NCBI GenBank assembly: GCA_038321865.1
Contig: JBBQFH010000008.1
Coordinates: forward strand, 32,001-96,000
Source: Gemmatimonadales bacterium
GTDB taxonomy: Bacteria; Gemmatimonadota; Gemmatimonadetes; Gemmatimonadales; GWC2-71-9
Length of the DNA: 64,000 bases
Direction of reading: 5' to 3'
The notes beneath the pieces were generated by a model, which was not told the DNA's origin, made no database searches, and saw nothing but the letters and a program-made list of their open reading frames with translations. Both the position numbers and the translations under genes were made by a program. Positions 20,991-30,264 of this stretch are shown here, one piece after another. The first letter of the stretch is position 1. Every line of letters starts with the position of its first letter.

Positions 20991-21035
20991 CGTCTCTCCG
21001 TTATACTTCTCTCGACCTTTACCTGGAGCACGGCT

Positions 21036-21593
21036 TTGCGCGCTTCGCAGCCTGCGTTGCTCGCCGCTGGTCGTGTGATCGTTGATATGCGGGACTCCAT
21101 GGTCGCCCAGTGGGCCGATTGGCTCGGCGACCGCATGACGTCCGCACCCACGATACCGCGTCAGACGGTCGAGCGGGAGTTCCGGCTCCTCATCGATGTT
21201 CTCACCGAGATGGTTGGCCCGCTCCGGCGCGAGGTCCGCGCCGTGTGGTTCCACACCTGCGAGCACTACGGCCGCACGGCCTCGGCGCGCGGGCTCGCCG
21301 CGGGCGAAGTGGTCGAGGAACTGCAATACCTGCGGGAGCTGCTGATCCGGAACCTCGCGCCGGTGCTGGCCGCGATGCGTGCCCGGCAAGGCATGGCGAT
21401 CATGCTGCGGCTCAACCGGGTAATCGACCAGGGTGTCGCCGCGGCGGTGGTGGGCTACACCGACGCGCTGGTCGCGACGCTGTTCGCCCAGAACGGCGTG
21501 CCGGTCTCCGACGCCGACCGCCACCCCGATGAGGTCGGCCGGCAGCTCACGGCACTCGAAGCCGAGCTCGCCGCGATCGCCCCGCTGCAGTAG
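21036..21593 (+). CDS. Stand-alone helical protein, RsbRD N-terminal-like domain
   Basis: TTG at 21036 follows GGAG, with TATACT at 21002 (alternative ATG 21087). HYGRTASARGLAAGEVVEELQYLRE resembles RsbRD_N/HisK_N-type domains. Confidence 0.6.
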   Translation: MRASQPALLAAGRVIVDMRDSMVAQWADWLGDRMTSAPTIPRQTVEREFRLLIDVLTEMVGPLRREVRAVWFHTCEHYGRTASARGLAAGEVVEELQYLRELLIRNLAPVLAAMRARQGMAIMLRLNRVIDQGVAAAVVGYTDALVATLFAQNGVPVSDADRHPDEVGRQLTALEAELAAIAPLQ

Positions 21594-21600
21594 GACCACG

Positions 21601-22743
21601 GTGGCCGCGCCGCTGTTCGGGGCGGTGCCCTGGCTGCTGCCGTTCGCGAGCCTGGTCCGGCTGGCCCGGCGCACGCCCAACCTCGAGCTGGCCCCGGACA
21701 TTCCCGGCGGCCCTCCCGTCACCCTCATCATTCCGGCCCGAAACGAAAGCCGCACGATCGGTACGGTGCTCGCGTCCGTCCTGTCGAGCAGCTACGGGCC
21801 ACTCGAGATCATCGTGGTCGACGACGGTTCGACCGACGACACTGCGGCGCAGGTGGCCGCCGTCGCCGCGCGTGATGGCCGGGTGCGGCTCCTGTCCGGC
21901 GCGCCGCTTCCCGCGGGCTGGTACGGGAAGCCGTGGGCCTGTGTCCAGGGCGCGCGCGCTGCCCGTGGCGACGTCCTCGTCTTCACCGATGCGGACACCC
22001 GGCACCAGCCGGCGCTCCTCGCCCATGCCGTCGGCGCCCTGCTCGCGGAGCGCGCCGATCTCCTGACGATCGCGCCGCGACAGCGCTGCGAGTCGTTCTG
22101 GGAGCGAGTCGTCATGCCGCAGATGTGGCTGCTCCTCGGCCTGCGGTATCATCCCCGGGCGGTCAATCGGGCGCGCCGTGCCCGCGACGTGATCGCCAAC
22201 GGCCAGTTCATCATGGTGCGGCGCGCCGCCTACCTGCTGGCGGGCACGCACGAGGCCGTCAAGGCTGAGATCGCCGAAGACCTCGCGCTGGCACAGACTT
22301 TCTTCGGCCACGGGCTGCGGATTCACTTCGCCTTCGCCGAGGCGCTGATGGAAACGCGGATGTACGAGAGCCTCCCGCATCTGATCGAGGGCTGGTCGAA
22401 AAACGTCTACCTCGGCGGCCGGCGCTCCTTTCCGGATGAGCCGGTGCGGCGGGCGCTGGTGCCGGTGGCACTGGCATCCGTCATGGTCTTCTGGCTGGCG
22501 CCGCCGCTGGCGCTCGCGGCCGCGTTGCTTGGCGTGACGCACGGCATCGCGACGGCGGCCGCCCTCGCAACCTCGCTGAGCGTCCTGTTCTGGATGCTGA
22601 TGTCGTATGGAATGAGCATTCCGGTCTGGTACGGGCTGCTCTACCCGCTGGGCGCGGCGGTCGTGCTGCACATCGTGGCCCGATCGACGTGGCGCGGCCG
22701 GCGCCGGGTCGAGTGGCGGGGCCGGACCTACTCAGGCGTCTAG
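21601..22743 (+). CDS. GT2 family glycosyltransferase (CrtQ/HpnB-like)
   Basis: IIPARNE, VDDGSTD, GWYGKPWAC, FTDAD, ANGQF, EDLALA, GWSKN; C-terminal TM helices; VEWRGRTY. Confidence 0.88.
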   Translation: MAAPLFGAVPWLLPFASLVRLARRTPNLELAPDIPGGPPVTLIIPARNESRTIGTVLASVLSSSYGPLEIIVVDDGSTDDTAAQVAAVAARDGRVRLLSGAPLPAGWYGKPWACVQGARAARGDVLVFTDADTRHQPALLAHAVGALLAERADLLTIAPRQRCESFWERVVMPQMWLLLGLRYHPRAVNRARRARDVIANGQFIMVRRAAYLLAGTHEAVKAEIAEDLALAQTFFGHGLRIHFAFAEALMETRMYESLPHLIEGWSKNVYLGGRRSFPDEPVRRALVPVALASVMVFWLAPPLALAAALLGVTHGIATAAALATSLSVLFWMLMSYGMSIPVWYGLLYPLGAAVVLHIVARSTWRGRRRVEWRGRTYSGV

Positions 22744-23590
22744 CACGCTGCGCACCCGCTCCGCCAGGTCGACGACCGTCCAGGGTTTCCGGATCAGCGC
22801 AGGCGGCACCCGGTCGACGCCGAGCTGACGGATCTCCTCCGTTCCATAGCCGCTCGAGAACAGAAAGCGCACCGTGTGCCCCTCCCGGCGGAGCGCCTCG
22901 TACAGGCCGCGTCCGCCGAGCCGTGGCATGATGATATCCGAAAGCACCAGGTGCACTTCCGATCGGCGCGCCCGAAACAGCTCCACTGCCTCCTCGCCAT
23001 CCGCCGCAGTGAGCACGGTATAGCCCAGCCGCTCGAGCTCGCGTGTCATAGCCCGGCGAAGCGAGCGCTCATCTTCTACCACGAGGATGGTCTCGGTGCC
23101 GGAGGGGAGGCCCTGCAGGGGCTCCTCAGGGTGGGAGGCGCCGTCGTCCGAGGCGCCCGGGGCGATGCCCCGCCGGAACCCGATTCGGACGGCGGTTCCC
23201 TGCCGCGGAGCGCTCTCCACAGTGATCCACCCCTCCTGCTGGCAGACCAGGCCATACACCATCGACATGCCCAGGCCCGTGCCGAGCGGGGCGGGCTTGG
23301 TCGTGAAAAACGGCTCGAAGATGCGGGCGCGGGTCTCCGCGTCCATGCCGGCTCCGTCGTCGCTGACGACGTTCGCGTCGACGATGCGCCCCGTTTCGGA
23401 ATCGATCAGCATGCCGACGTTAGCTCAGGCCCTTGAGGGTCTCCCACCGAACCAGCTGGTCGATCGGCAGCAGCGCCAGCGCGCGGTCGGACAGAAGGAT
23501 CCAGGCCACCCCGCACACCGCGTAGATCCCCGCGATGACGAGGGGAGTGAGGAAACGTGCCGACGCGCCGCCGCGGTCCACGGAGCCCAT
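22732..23590 (-). pseudogene. Collapsed hybrid sensor kinase/response regulator: membrane N-terminus, PAS stub, half HATPase, receiver
   Basis: 23590-23420 encodes IAGIYAVCGVAWILLSD...ETLKGLS then TAA. 23412-22732 encodes PAS start LIDSETGRIVDAN joined directly to VSDDGAGMD...FEPFFTTK...GTGLG and a receiver domain. No H-box or N-box. Confidence 0.75.
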
Positions 23591-23708
23591 CAGTCCCTGC
23601 TCCGGCTTTCACCGGCTTGAGGAAAATCGGTCGGGCGGGCGGCATGGCGGTCCCCGCCGCCGACCCGTCCGGCCGCACCGTACGGCTCTCCCGAAGGAGC
23701 CGTTGCGG

Positions 23709-26708
23709 ATGCGCCTCGACCACCTGCTCCAGCGCATACAAGGCCTGGAGGACCTGCCGCGCCTGTTCGCGGCGCTCGGACACGAGCCGCTCTGGGAAGA
23801 GTGGCACGAGCCGGCGCTCCCGCTCGGAGGCGCGCCGGGCTCCCGCGTTGCGACTGTGGGCCGCTACGGCGGATTCTCATGGCTGGCATTCGAGACCGGC
23901 ACACCGGCACGCTGCGCGCGTGCCAATGCGCAACGTCTCAATCGGCAGGGGCGCTGTTCAGGGGTAGTAGCATTGTACCCTGGCGGACGCGAGTTGGCGA
24001 TTGCCTCCGCGTTCGATCCTGACGCGGTGCTGGTGATCAACCTGGCGCAGCCTGCGGCAGCGGGGACGGCCAGCCTGGCACGGCTGGGCACCCCGGCCGG
24101 AACGACGCTGGCCTTTGCCGCGCTCGCGGCGGAAGCACTCGCCGGCGAGCCGATCGGCCGACGCTTCTTCCGGCGCTTCGGCGACACCCTGGGCCGGATG
24201 GCCGAGACACTCCCCGAGCCGATTCCCACCGAGCAACGTCATGCGCTCACGCTGATCCAGCTCACCCGGGTGCTCTTCCTTTACTTCCTGCAATCGAAGG
24301 GCTGGCTCGACGGGCGCAGCGATTTCATCGCCAGGGCGGTGGACGACGTCTTGGCCCGGCGGCGCCTCATCCAGCGGGACCTGCTGCGCCCCCTCTTCTT
24401 CGGGACCCTGAACCGTCCGGCCGAAGAGCGCGGGCGTGCGGCCAGCCGGCTCGGTTCGATTCCGTTTCTGAATGGCGGGTTGTTCGAACCTCACCCCCTT
24501 GAGCGGCGCTGGAAGACCGACTTCCCCAATCCGGTGTGGCGCGATGCCTTCGATTCCCTCTTCGAGCGATTTCATTTCACCGTCGCCGAGGAGACTGCGA
24601 TGGGCGGCGTTGCGCCCGACATGCTGGGGCGTGTCTTCGAGGGCGTCATGGAACCGGGCGAGCGGCGGAGCAGCGGCACGTTCTACACCCCGGCCTCGCT
24701 GGTACGGCGGCTGGTTGACGCGGCACTCGCGGCGGCGCTCGCGTCACGCCTGCGGTGTACCGACGCGGAAGCGTTCGAGCGGCTGATCACCGGTGAGGCG
24801 CAGGCGATCGCGGCGGTGAAACTGTTCCGCGTGCTCGATCCCGCCGTCGGATCGGGTGCATTCCTGCTGGGAGCGCTCGAGCGTCTGGCCCAGCTGCGGC
24901 CACAGGACCGGCCGGCCGCGGTCAAGCGCGACATCCTGCGTCGTTCGCTGTTCGGCGTCGACCGTAACGCGATGGCAGTCCGCCTGACCGAGCTCCGCCT
25001 CTGGCTGGCGGTGATTGCGGCCGAGCCGGACGGCCGCGCTCGCGATGTCGCGCCCCTGCCCAACCTCGATTGTCTGGTGCGCCAGGGTGACAGCCTGGCG
25101 GATCCGCTGAGCGGTGGCGGGGTGACCCGTAGCGAGGCACGAGTGATCGGACAGTTGCGTCAGGAAGCGGTGGCCGCGAGCGGCGGAGACAAGACGCGGC
25201 TCCTGCGGGCGCTTCGCGCGGCCGAGCGGAACGCCGCGGATCGATCGCTGACACGCGCCGATGGTCGGATCAGCCGCGAAATCGCCGAGCTGATCGGTAC
25301 TGCACGTGCGCCGACCCTGTTCGGCGGGAAGCCGGCCGTTGGGCCGGATGTCTTCGAGCGCCTGCGCCACCTCCGGCGCGCGAGGTGCGCCATCCGGACG
25401 GGTCGGCGCCGGCTGGCGACCGAGGGAGAGCTCCCCTGGTTCGACTACGAGTCCCAGTTCCCCGATGTCCTGGCGCGGGGCGGCTTCGACATCGTGATCG
25501 GGAACCCGCCCTGGGTGCGCGCGGAGTCGCTGCCGGCGGCGGTGCGTGAGCGCCTGGCGGCGCGCTATCGCTGGTGGCGCGGATCCCGGGGCCGGGGGTT
25601 CGCGCACCGGCCCGACCTCGCGATCGCGTTCATCGAACGGGCGCACGAGCTGGTCGCTCCCGGCGGGGCAGTCGCATTGCTCGTTCCGTCGAAAGTGGCG
25701 GCAGCGGGCTACGGTGCCGCGGTGCGCTCCGCGCTGGCCGCGGGCACCCAGTTGCACGCGGTCGTGGACCTGTCCGCCGACCCGGATGCGGCATTTGAGG
25801 CGACAGCGTATCCCATGGCAGTGGTCCTGAGCAAGCGCGCCTCTCCCACCGGGCACCGGATCCGGACCGTGCTCGATCCGCGCGCCCCCGGCGACATCGC
25901 GCAGCGCGAGCTTGGGGAAGGGCCGTGGATCATTCGCGGCCGCCAGGCGGCGCACGTCGCGCGTGACATTCGCGCGGCCCATCCGCTCCTCTCCGACCGG
26001 TTCGTCTGTCACCTGGGTGTCAAGACCGGAGCTGATGATCTGTTCCTCGACCCACCGGCCGAGATCGAGCGGGGCCTTCTCCGGTGGGCGATTCGCGGCC
26101 GCGACATCGCGGCGTTCCGGGTCATGGCCCGCCGCCGTCTGCTCTGGACGCACGACGCACGCGGCGAGCCGCTTGCACGGCTGCCGCACGCCGCCGCCCG
26201 ATACCTGTCGCGGCACGAGGGACGGCTTCGCGCGAGGGCGGACTTCGTTCGCGGACCGTCGTGGACCGTCTTCCGGGTGGCGGCCGGTGTGGAGCGGCAC
26301 CGCGTCGCCTGGCCGGATCTGTCACGCGGACTGGTGGCGGTGGCGCTCGCGGGGCCGTCGGGAGCCGTCGTTCCGCTCAACACCTGCTACGTCGCCATCA
26401 CGGCGAACGATTCCGAGTCGCACGCGCTGGCGGCGTGGCTCAACTGCACCTGGGTGCGAGCGCTCGCCGGCCTGATCGCCATGCCCGCCGCCGGGGGGTT
26501 CGCACGCCACGGGACCGGAACGGTCGGCGCGCTCCCGCTGCCGCTGGCCGCGATCGCCGACCCGCGGCTCGCCGCGCTCGGTGCGCGCGCGGGCACAGGA
26601 GAGGCGCTTCAGGACGAGATCGACGAGCTGACCGCGGGCGCCCTGGGCCTCACGCCGCAGGAGCGAAGTGTCCTGGCATCCGTCGTCGGTCCCGACGATC
26701 GTCGCTGA
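23709..26708 (+). CDS. Large N6-adenine DNA methyltransferase (Eco57I/type IIG-like, gamma class) with putative target-recognition domain
   Basis: IPFLNGGLF, MLGRVFE, GTFYTP, motif I LDPAVGSGAF, GFDIVIGNPPW (motif IV), C-terminal LNTCY...LAAWLN. ATG at 23709. Confidence 0.88.
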   Translation: MRLDHLLQRIQGLEDLPRLFAALGHEPLWEEWHEPALPLGGAPGSRVATVGRYGGFSWLAFETGTPARCARANAQRLNRQGRCSGVVALYPGGRELAIASAFDPDAVLVINLAQPAAAGTASLARLGTPAGTTLAFAALAAEALAGEPIGRRFFRRFGDTLGRMAETLPEPIPTEQRHALTLIQLTRVLFLYFLQSKGWLDGRSDFIARAVDDVLARRRLIQRDLLRPLFFGTLNRPAEERGRAASRLGSIPFLNGGLFEPHPLERRWKTDFPNPVWRDAFDSLFERFHFTVAEETAMGGVAPDMLGRVFEGVMEPGERRSSGTFYTPASLVRRLVDAALAAALASRLRCTDAEAFERLITGEAQAIAAVKLFRVLDPAVGSGAFLLGALERLAQLRPQDRPAAVKRDILRRSLFGVDRNAMAVRLTELRLWLAVIAAEPDGRARDVAPLPNLDCLVRQGDSLADPLSGGGVTRSEARVIGQLRQEAVAASGGDKTRLLRALRAAERNAADRSLTRADGRISREIAELIGTARAPTLFGGKPAVGPDVFERLRHLRRARCAIRTGRRRLATEGELPWFDYESQFPDVLARGGFDIVIGNPPWVRAESLPAAVRERLAARYRWWRGSRGRGFAHRPDLAIAFIERAHELVAPGGAVALLVPSKVAAAGYGAAVRSALAAGTQLHAVVDLSADPDAAFEATAYPMAVVLSKRASPTGHRIRTVLDPRAPGDIAQRELGEGPWIIRGRQAAHVARDIRAAHPLLSDRFVCHLGVKTGADDLFLDPPAEIERGLLRWAIRGRDIAAFRVMARRRLLWTHDARGEPLARLPHAAARYLSRHEGRLRARADFVRGPSWTVFRVAAGVERHRVAWPDLSRGLVAVALAGPSGAVVPLNTCYVAITANDSESHALAAWLNCTWVRALAGLIAMPAAGGFARHGTGTVGALPLPLAAIADPRLAALGARAGTGEALQDEIDELTAGALGLTPQERSVLASVVGPDDRR

Positions 26709-28869
26709 GGCGTTGCGGCCGGTGCGGGATCCACTGCGGACCGCACTGCGCCCCGGGCCCCCGGCGCCGGCCGGCCAGGTGGTCCGGTCGCTCGTGGCCG
26801 GGGTCGCCCCCGCGCGGGCAGCCGATCAGCCGCCTGACTGGCTCTACGACGGGCAGCGCTACGCGTACGCGCGCGCGATCGCGGCCCTGAGACGGTTCCG
26901 CGGGGCGCTCCTGGCCGAGCCCACCGGCAGCGGCAAGACGTTCATCGCCCTGGCGGTGGCGCGGGCCTTCCAGCGGCCGCCCGTCGCGTGTCTCGTGCCC
27001 GCGGCGCTCGCGGCCCAGTGGCGCGCGACCGCCGCGACACTCGGCGTTTCCGTCGTGATCGGGTCCCACGAGCAGGCCAGCCGGGGCCGGCTGCCCCGGG
27101 GAACCCGTGGACTCGTGCTGATAGACGAGAGCCATCACTTCCGCCATCCCGACATCCGCCGCTATGCCCACGTCGCGGATTTTCTCGTGGGCCGTCCGGC
27201 GCTGCTGCTCACCGCCACGCCGGTCGTCAACCGGATTGAGGACCTCTCCCATCAGCTACGGCTCGCCGTGCGCGACGATGCGCTGGCAGGAGAAGGCCTC
27301 ATCTCGCTCCTTGGGCTCGAACGGGGTGGCCGGGGCGCGCTCGCGGCCGTCGTGATCAGCTCGGCGCATTGCCCCGGCGTGCCGGCCCGGGCGCACCGGA
27401 CGGTCACACCTGACGACACGGCGGGTGAGGCAAGGGTTCTCGCCGCCATGGACCGTCTCGCGCTCTCCAGCGATCCCTCGATCGCGGGCCTGATCCGGGC
27501 GGTGCTGCTTCGGGCCATGGCGTCGAGTCCCGGATCACTCCACGGCGCGCTGCGCCGATATCGGCGGCTCCTGCTCCAGGCGGCGGATGCGGCGGCCGGC
27601 GGGCGGGCCGTCTCGCGTTCCGCGATACGCGCGTGGGCCGGGGCAAGTGGAGACCAGCTGATCCTCTGGTCTCTCATGCCGGATGACAAGGTCAGCCCGG
27701 ACCTGATGCTCGGCGACGCCGAGCCGCTGGAGCCCCTGCTCGCCATGGCCGCCGCCCTGGTCAGCGCTCCGGATCCCAAGCTCGGTCACCTCCGCGAGCT
27801 GCTCTCCGACGGCGCGCGGACGCTCGTTTTCACCGGGGCGCGCGATACCGTGTCCTACCTTAGGCGGCGACTGGAGGTGCCGACCGCCTGGTGCACCGGC
27901 GAGCGCTCCGGAATCGGGCCCACCACGGTATCACGCGCCGCCGTGCTCGCCCGCTTTGCGCCGGGAGCGCGGGGCGGCCCGCACGTCCTGCTCGCGACGG
28001 ATGTCGCCGCGGAGGGTCTCGATCTTCAGGGCGCCGAACGCGTGGTGCATTACGATCTGCCCTGGACCGCGACCCGGCTCGCGCAGCGGGAGGGCCGGGT
28101 CGCGCGACTGGGCTCGCGGCACCAGGCAGTCGACGTCGTCCGGTTCGACCCGTCGGCCGCGCTGGAGCGGCGCCTGCGGCAGCTCGACGCGCTGGCACGC
28201 TCGGCCAGTGCCCCAGTCGAGGTCGGATTCGGAGAGACCGACATCTGGCGCTGGCGCGATGCGGTGGCCCGGCGCTTCGGCGACACTCCCGCCGCGGCGG
28301 GCGTGGCCTGCATTGCCTCGCCCAATCGTGGCGTGCTCGCCGGTGTGACCCTCTGCGGCGTGGACCCTCACGATCCTCATCGGCAGCCGGGCGCGCTACT
28401 CTGGCTGGGCGCCAACGGGAACATTCTGCGGGATCCCGAGTGGCTGGTGAGCCGCCTGGCCGAAGCGAGCTCGGCGCAGGAGGCGCCGGTGGACGAATCG
28501 CGCGTTTCCGCCGCGATCGCAGCACTCACGGCCGAGATCGCAGCCATGCTGCGACGCGTGGGGCGGATGCGCTGGCAGCAGGCCGACTCGTCCGGCGGCG
28601 CCGCCGCCGTACGTGATCGCCTGACCGCCCTGGCGCGTGACGCCGCACGGAAGCGCGACCGGCCGCTGCTGGCCAGACTCGACGGCGTGCTGGCGGTCGC
28701 CGCGGGCGGGCACACGGCCGGAGAGATCCGGCTGCTCGGCCGGCTGGCCCACGTGGACGACGCCTCCCTGATGGCTGCACTGTCCGGACTCCCGCCGGCC
28801 GCGGCGGAGCCGCGAAACGTCGAGGCACGGATCTCCGGCGTGATCGTCTTCGGGCCAGCGGCGCCGTGA
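26668..28869 (+). CDS. SF2 helicase/translocase, SNF2/RapA/DrmD-like
   Basis: Walker A EPTGSGKT, IDESHHFR, LTATP, ATDVAAEGLDLQ, YDLPW, QREGRVAR. Overlaps the methyltransferase 3' end; start uncertain. Confidence 0.85.
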   Translation: MSWHPSSVPTIVAEALRPVRDPLRTALRPGPPAPAGQVVRSLVAGVAPARAADQPPDWLYDGQRYAYARAIAALRRFRGALLAEPTGSGKTFIALAVARAFQRPPVACLVPAALAAQWRATAATLGVSVVIGSHEQASRGRLPRGTRGLVLIDESHHFRHPDIRRYAHVADFLVGRPALLLTATPVVNRIEDLSHQLRLAVRDDALAGEGLISLLGLERGGRGALAAVVISSAHCPGVPARAHRTVTPDDTAGEARVLAAMDRLALSSDPSIAGLIRAVLLRAMASSPGSLHGALRRYRRLLLQAADAAAGGRAVSRSAIRAWAGASGDQLILWSLMPDDKVSPDLMLGDAEPLEPLLAMAAALVSAPDPKLGHLRELLSDGARTLVFTGARDTVSYLRRRLEVPTAWCTGERSGIGPTTVSRAAVLARFAPGARGGPHVLLATDVAAEGLDLQGAERVVHYDLPWTATRLAQREGRVARLGSRHQAVDVVRFDPSAALERRLRQLDALARSASAPVEVGFGETDIWRWRDAVARRFGDTPAAAGVACIASPNRGVLAGVTLCGVDPHDPHRQPGALLWLGANGNILRDPEWLVSRLAEASSAQEAPVDESRVSAAIAALTAEIAAMLRRVGRMRWQQADSSGGAAAVRDRLTALARDAARKRDRPLLARLDGVLAVAAGGHTAGEIRLLGRLAHVDDASLMAALSGLPPAAAEPRNVEARISGVIVFGPAAP

Positions 28870-28911
28870 TTCCGTTTCCGCCGGGGGCCCGTGCGGCTAC
28901 GTTGTTCCTCC

Positions 28912-29562
28912 ATGATCAAGCTCGAGACAGTCCTCTTCGACCTCGACGGGACGCTGATCGACTCGGTGCGTCTCATTCTCGACAGCTACCACCACACACT
29001 GGCCGCGCACGGACTCCCGCCGCGCACCGACGACGAGTGGCTGCGCGGGGTCGGCACGCCGTTGCGAGTGCAGTTCGCGCCCTGGAAAGAGAGTCCGGGA
29101 ATCGACGCGATGATCGCGACGTACCGGGAGTACAATCTGGCGCACCATGACACCTGCGTGACGGCATACCCCGGCGTGGTGGCGGCGCTTGAGGCCGTGA
29201 GGGTCACCGGTGTCCGCACCGGGCTGGTGACGAGCAAGAACCGGAGCGGCGCGGAGCGCGGCCTTCGGCTGTGCGGCATCCTGGAAACGATGGACGTGAT
29301 CGTGGGATCGGATGACGTCGTGCATCCGAAGCCCGATCGCGAGCCGGTCGTAAAGGCGATGGCGCTGCTGGGGAGCGATCCGTCCGCCACGCTCTACGTC
29401 GGCGACAGCATTCATGACATGGAGTCGGGTCGCGCCGCGGGGGTGTGGACCGCCGGGGTGCTGTGGGGGCCCTTCGGGCGGGCCGATCTCGAGCCGGCCA
29501 CCCCGGATTACTGGCTGGACCGGCCGGCGGACCTGGTGGCGCTGGTGCGCTCAGCCACCTGA
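28912..29562 (+). CDS. HAD-superfamily phosphatase (PpaX/Gph-like)
   Basis: FDLDGTLIDS, VTSK, KPD, VGDSIHD motifs. Confidence 0.9.
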   Translation: MIKLETVLFDLDGTLIDSVRLILDSYHHTLAAHGLPPRTDDEWLRGVGTPLRVQFAPWKESPGIDAMIATYREYNLAHHDTCVTAYPGVVAALEAVRVTGVRTGLVTSKNRSGAERGLRLCGILETMDVIVGSDDVVHPKPDREPVVKAMALLGSDPSATLYVGDSIHDMESGRAAGVWTAGVLWGPFGRADLEPATPDYWLDRPADLVALVRSAT

Positions 29563-29641
29563 GCTGCGCCTGGCTGCCGTCTGGCCGAGCCTCCCCGGCC
29601 GGGCTATTTTTGGCGACCCATCCCACGCCACGAGGCCGTAC

Positions 29642-30262
29642 ATGCGACTGCTCCCCCGCGACGAGAAGTTCTTCGACCTCTTCACCGCGGTCGCCAAGCT
29701 CAACGTGGACGCGGCCAAGCTGCTGCAGGACCTGCTCAAGGCGGGGCTGGACGGGCGGCGGCCGATCGTGGACTCGATCAAGCGGCTCGAGCACCAGGCC
29801 GACCAGATCACGCACGATGTCGTCGGCCGGCTCGATCGGACCTTCATCACGCCGCTCGACCGCGAAGACATTCATATGCTGGCGTCGCGCCTGGACGACA
29901 TCATGGACCTCATCGACGGCACGGCGCGCCGGATTCAGATGTTCCGGGCCGGGGAGCCGCCGGCTGGCGCCCTGATGCTCGCCGACGTCATTCATCGCGC
30001 CACGCTGCAGCTGCTGATCGCGGTCCAGAACCTGGAAAACAGCAAGGACGGCTCGGTGCTGGAGGCCTGCAAGCAGGTCAAGCAGCTCGAGGAGGAAGGC
30101 GATTCGCTCTACCACGAGTGGATCGGCAAGCTGTTCGAGGGCGCAACCGACGCGCTCCTCGTGATCAAATGGAAGGAAATCTACGACACGCTCGAGCGCA
30201 CGATCGACCAGGCCGAAGACGTGTCGAACGTGCTCGAATCCGTCTCGATCAAGCACGCCTGA
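29642..30262 (+). CDS. DUF47 / PhoU-like Pit accessory protein
   Basis: LEHQAD, TFITPLDREDI, LEEEGD, IKWKEIY; immediately upstream of pit. Confidence 0.9.
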   Translation: MRLLPRDEKFFDLFTAVAKLNVDAAKLLQDLLKAGLDGRRPIVDSIKRLEHQADQITHDVVGRLDRTFITPLDREDIHMLASRLDDIMDLIDGTARRIQMFRAGEPPAGALMLADVIHRATLQLLIAVQNLENSKDGSVLEACKQVKQLEEEGDSLYHEWIGKLFEGATDALLVIKWKEIYDTLERTIDQAEDVSNVLESVSIKHA

Positions 30263-30264
30263 TC

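Noticed and set aside
23709..28869. Complete DISARM, BREX or type I/III restriction-modification system, or a mobile island
   Set aside because: I see no drmABC, pglZ/brxC, hsdS/hsdR, integrase, tRNA or flanking repeats, and the composition looks host-like.
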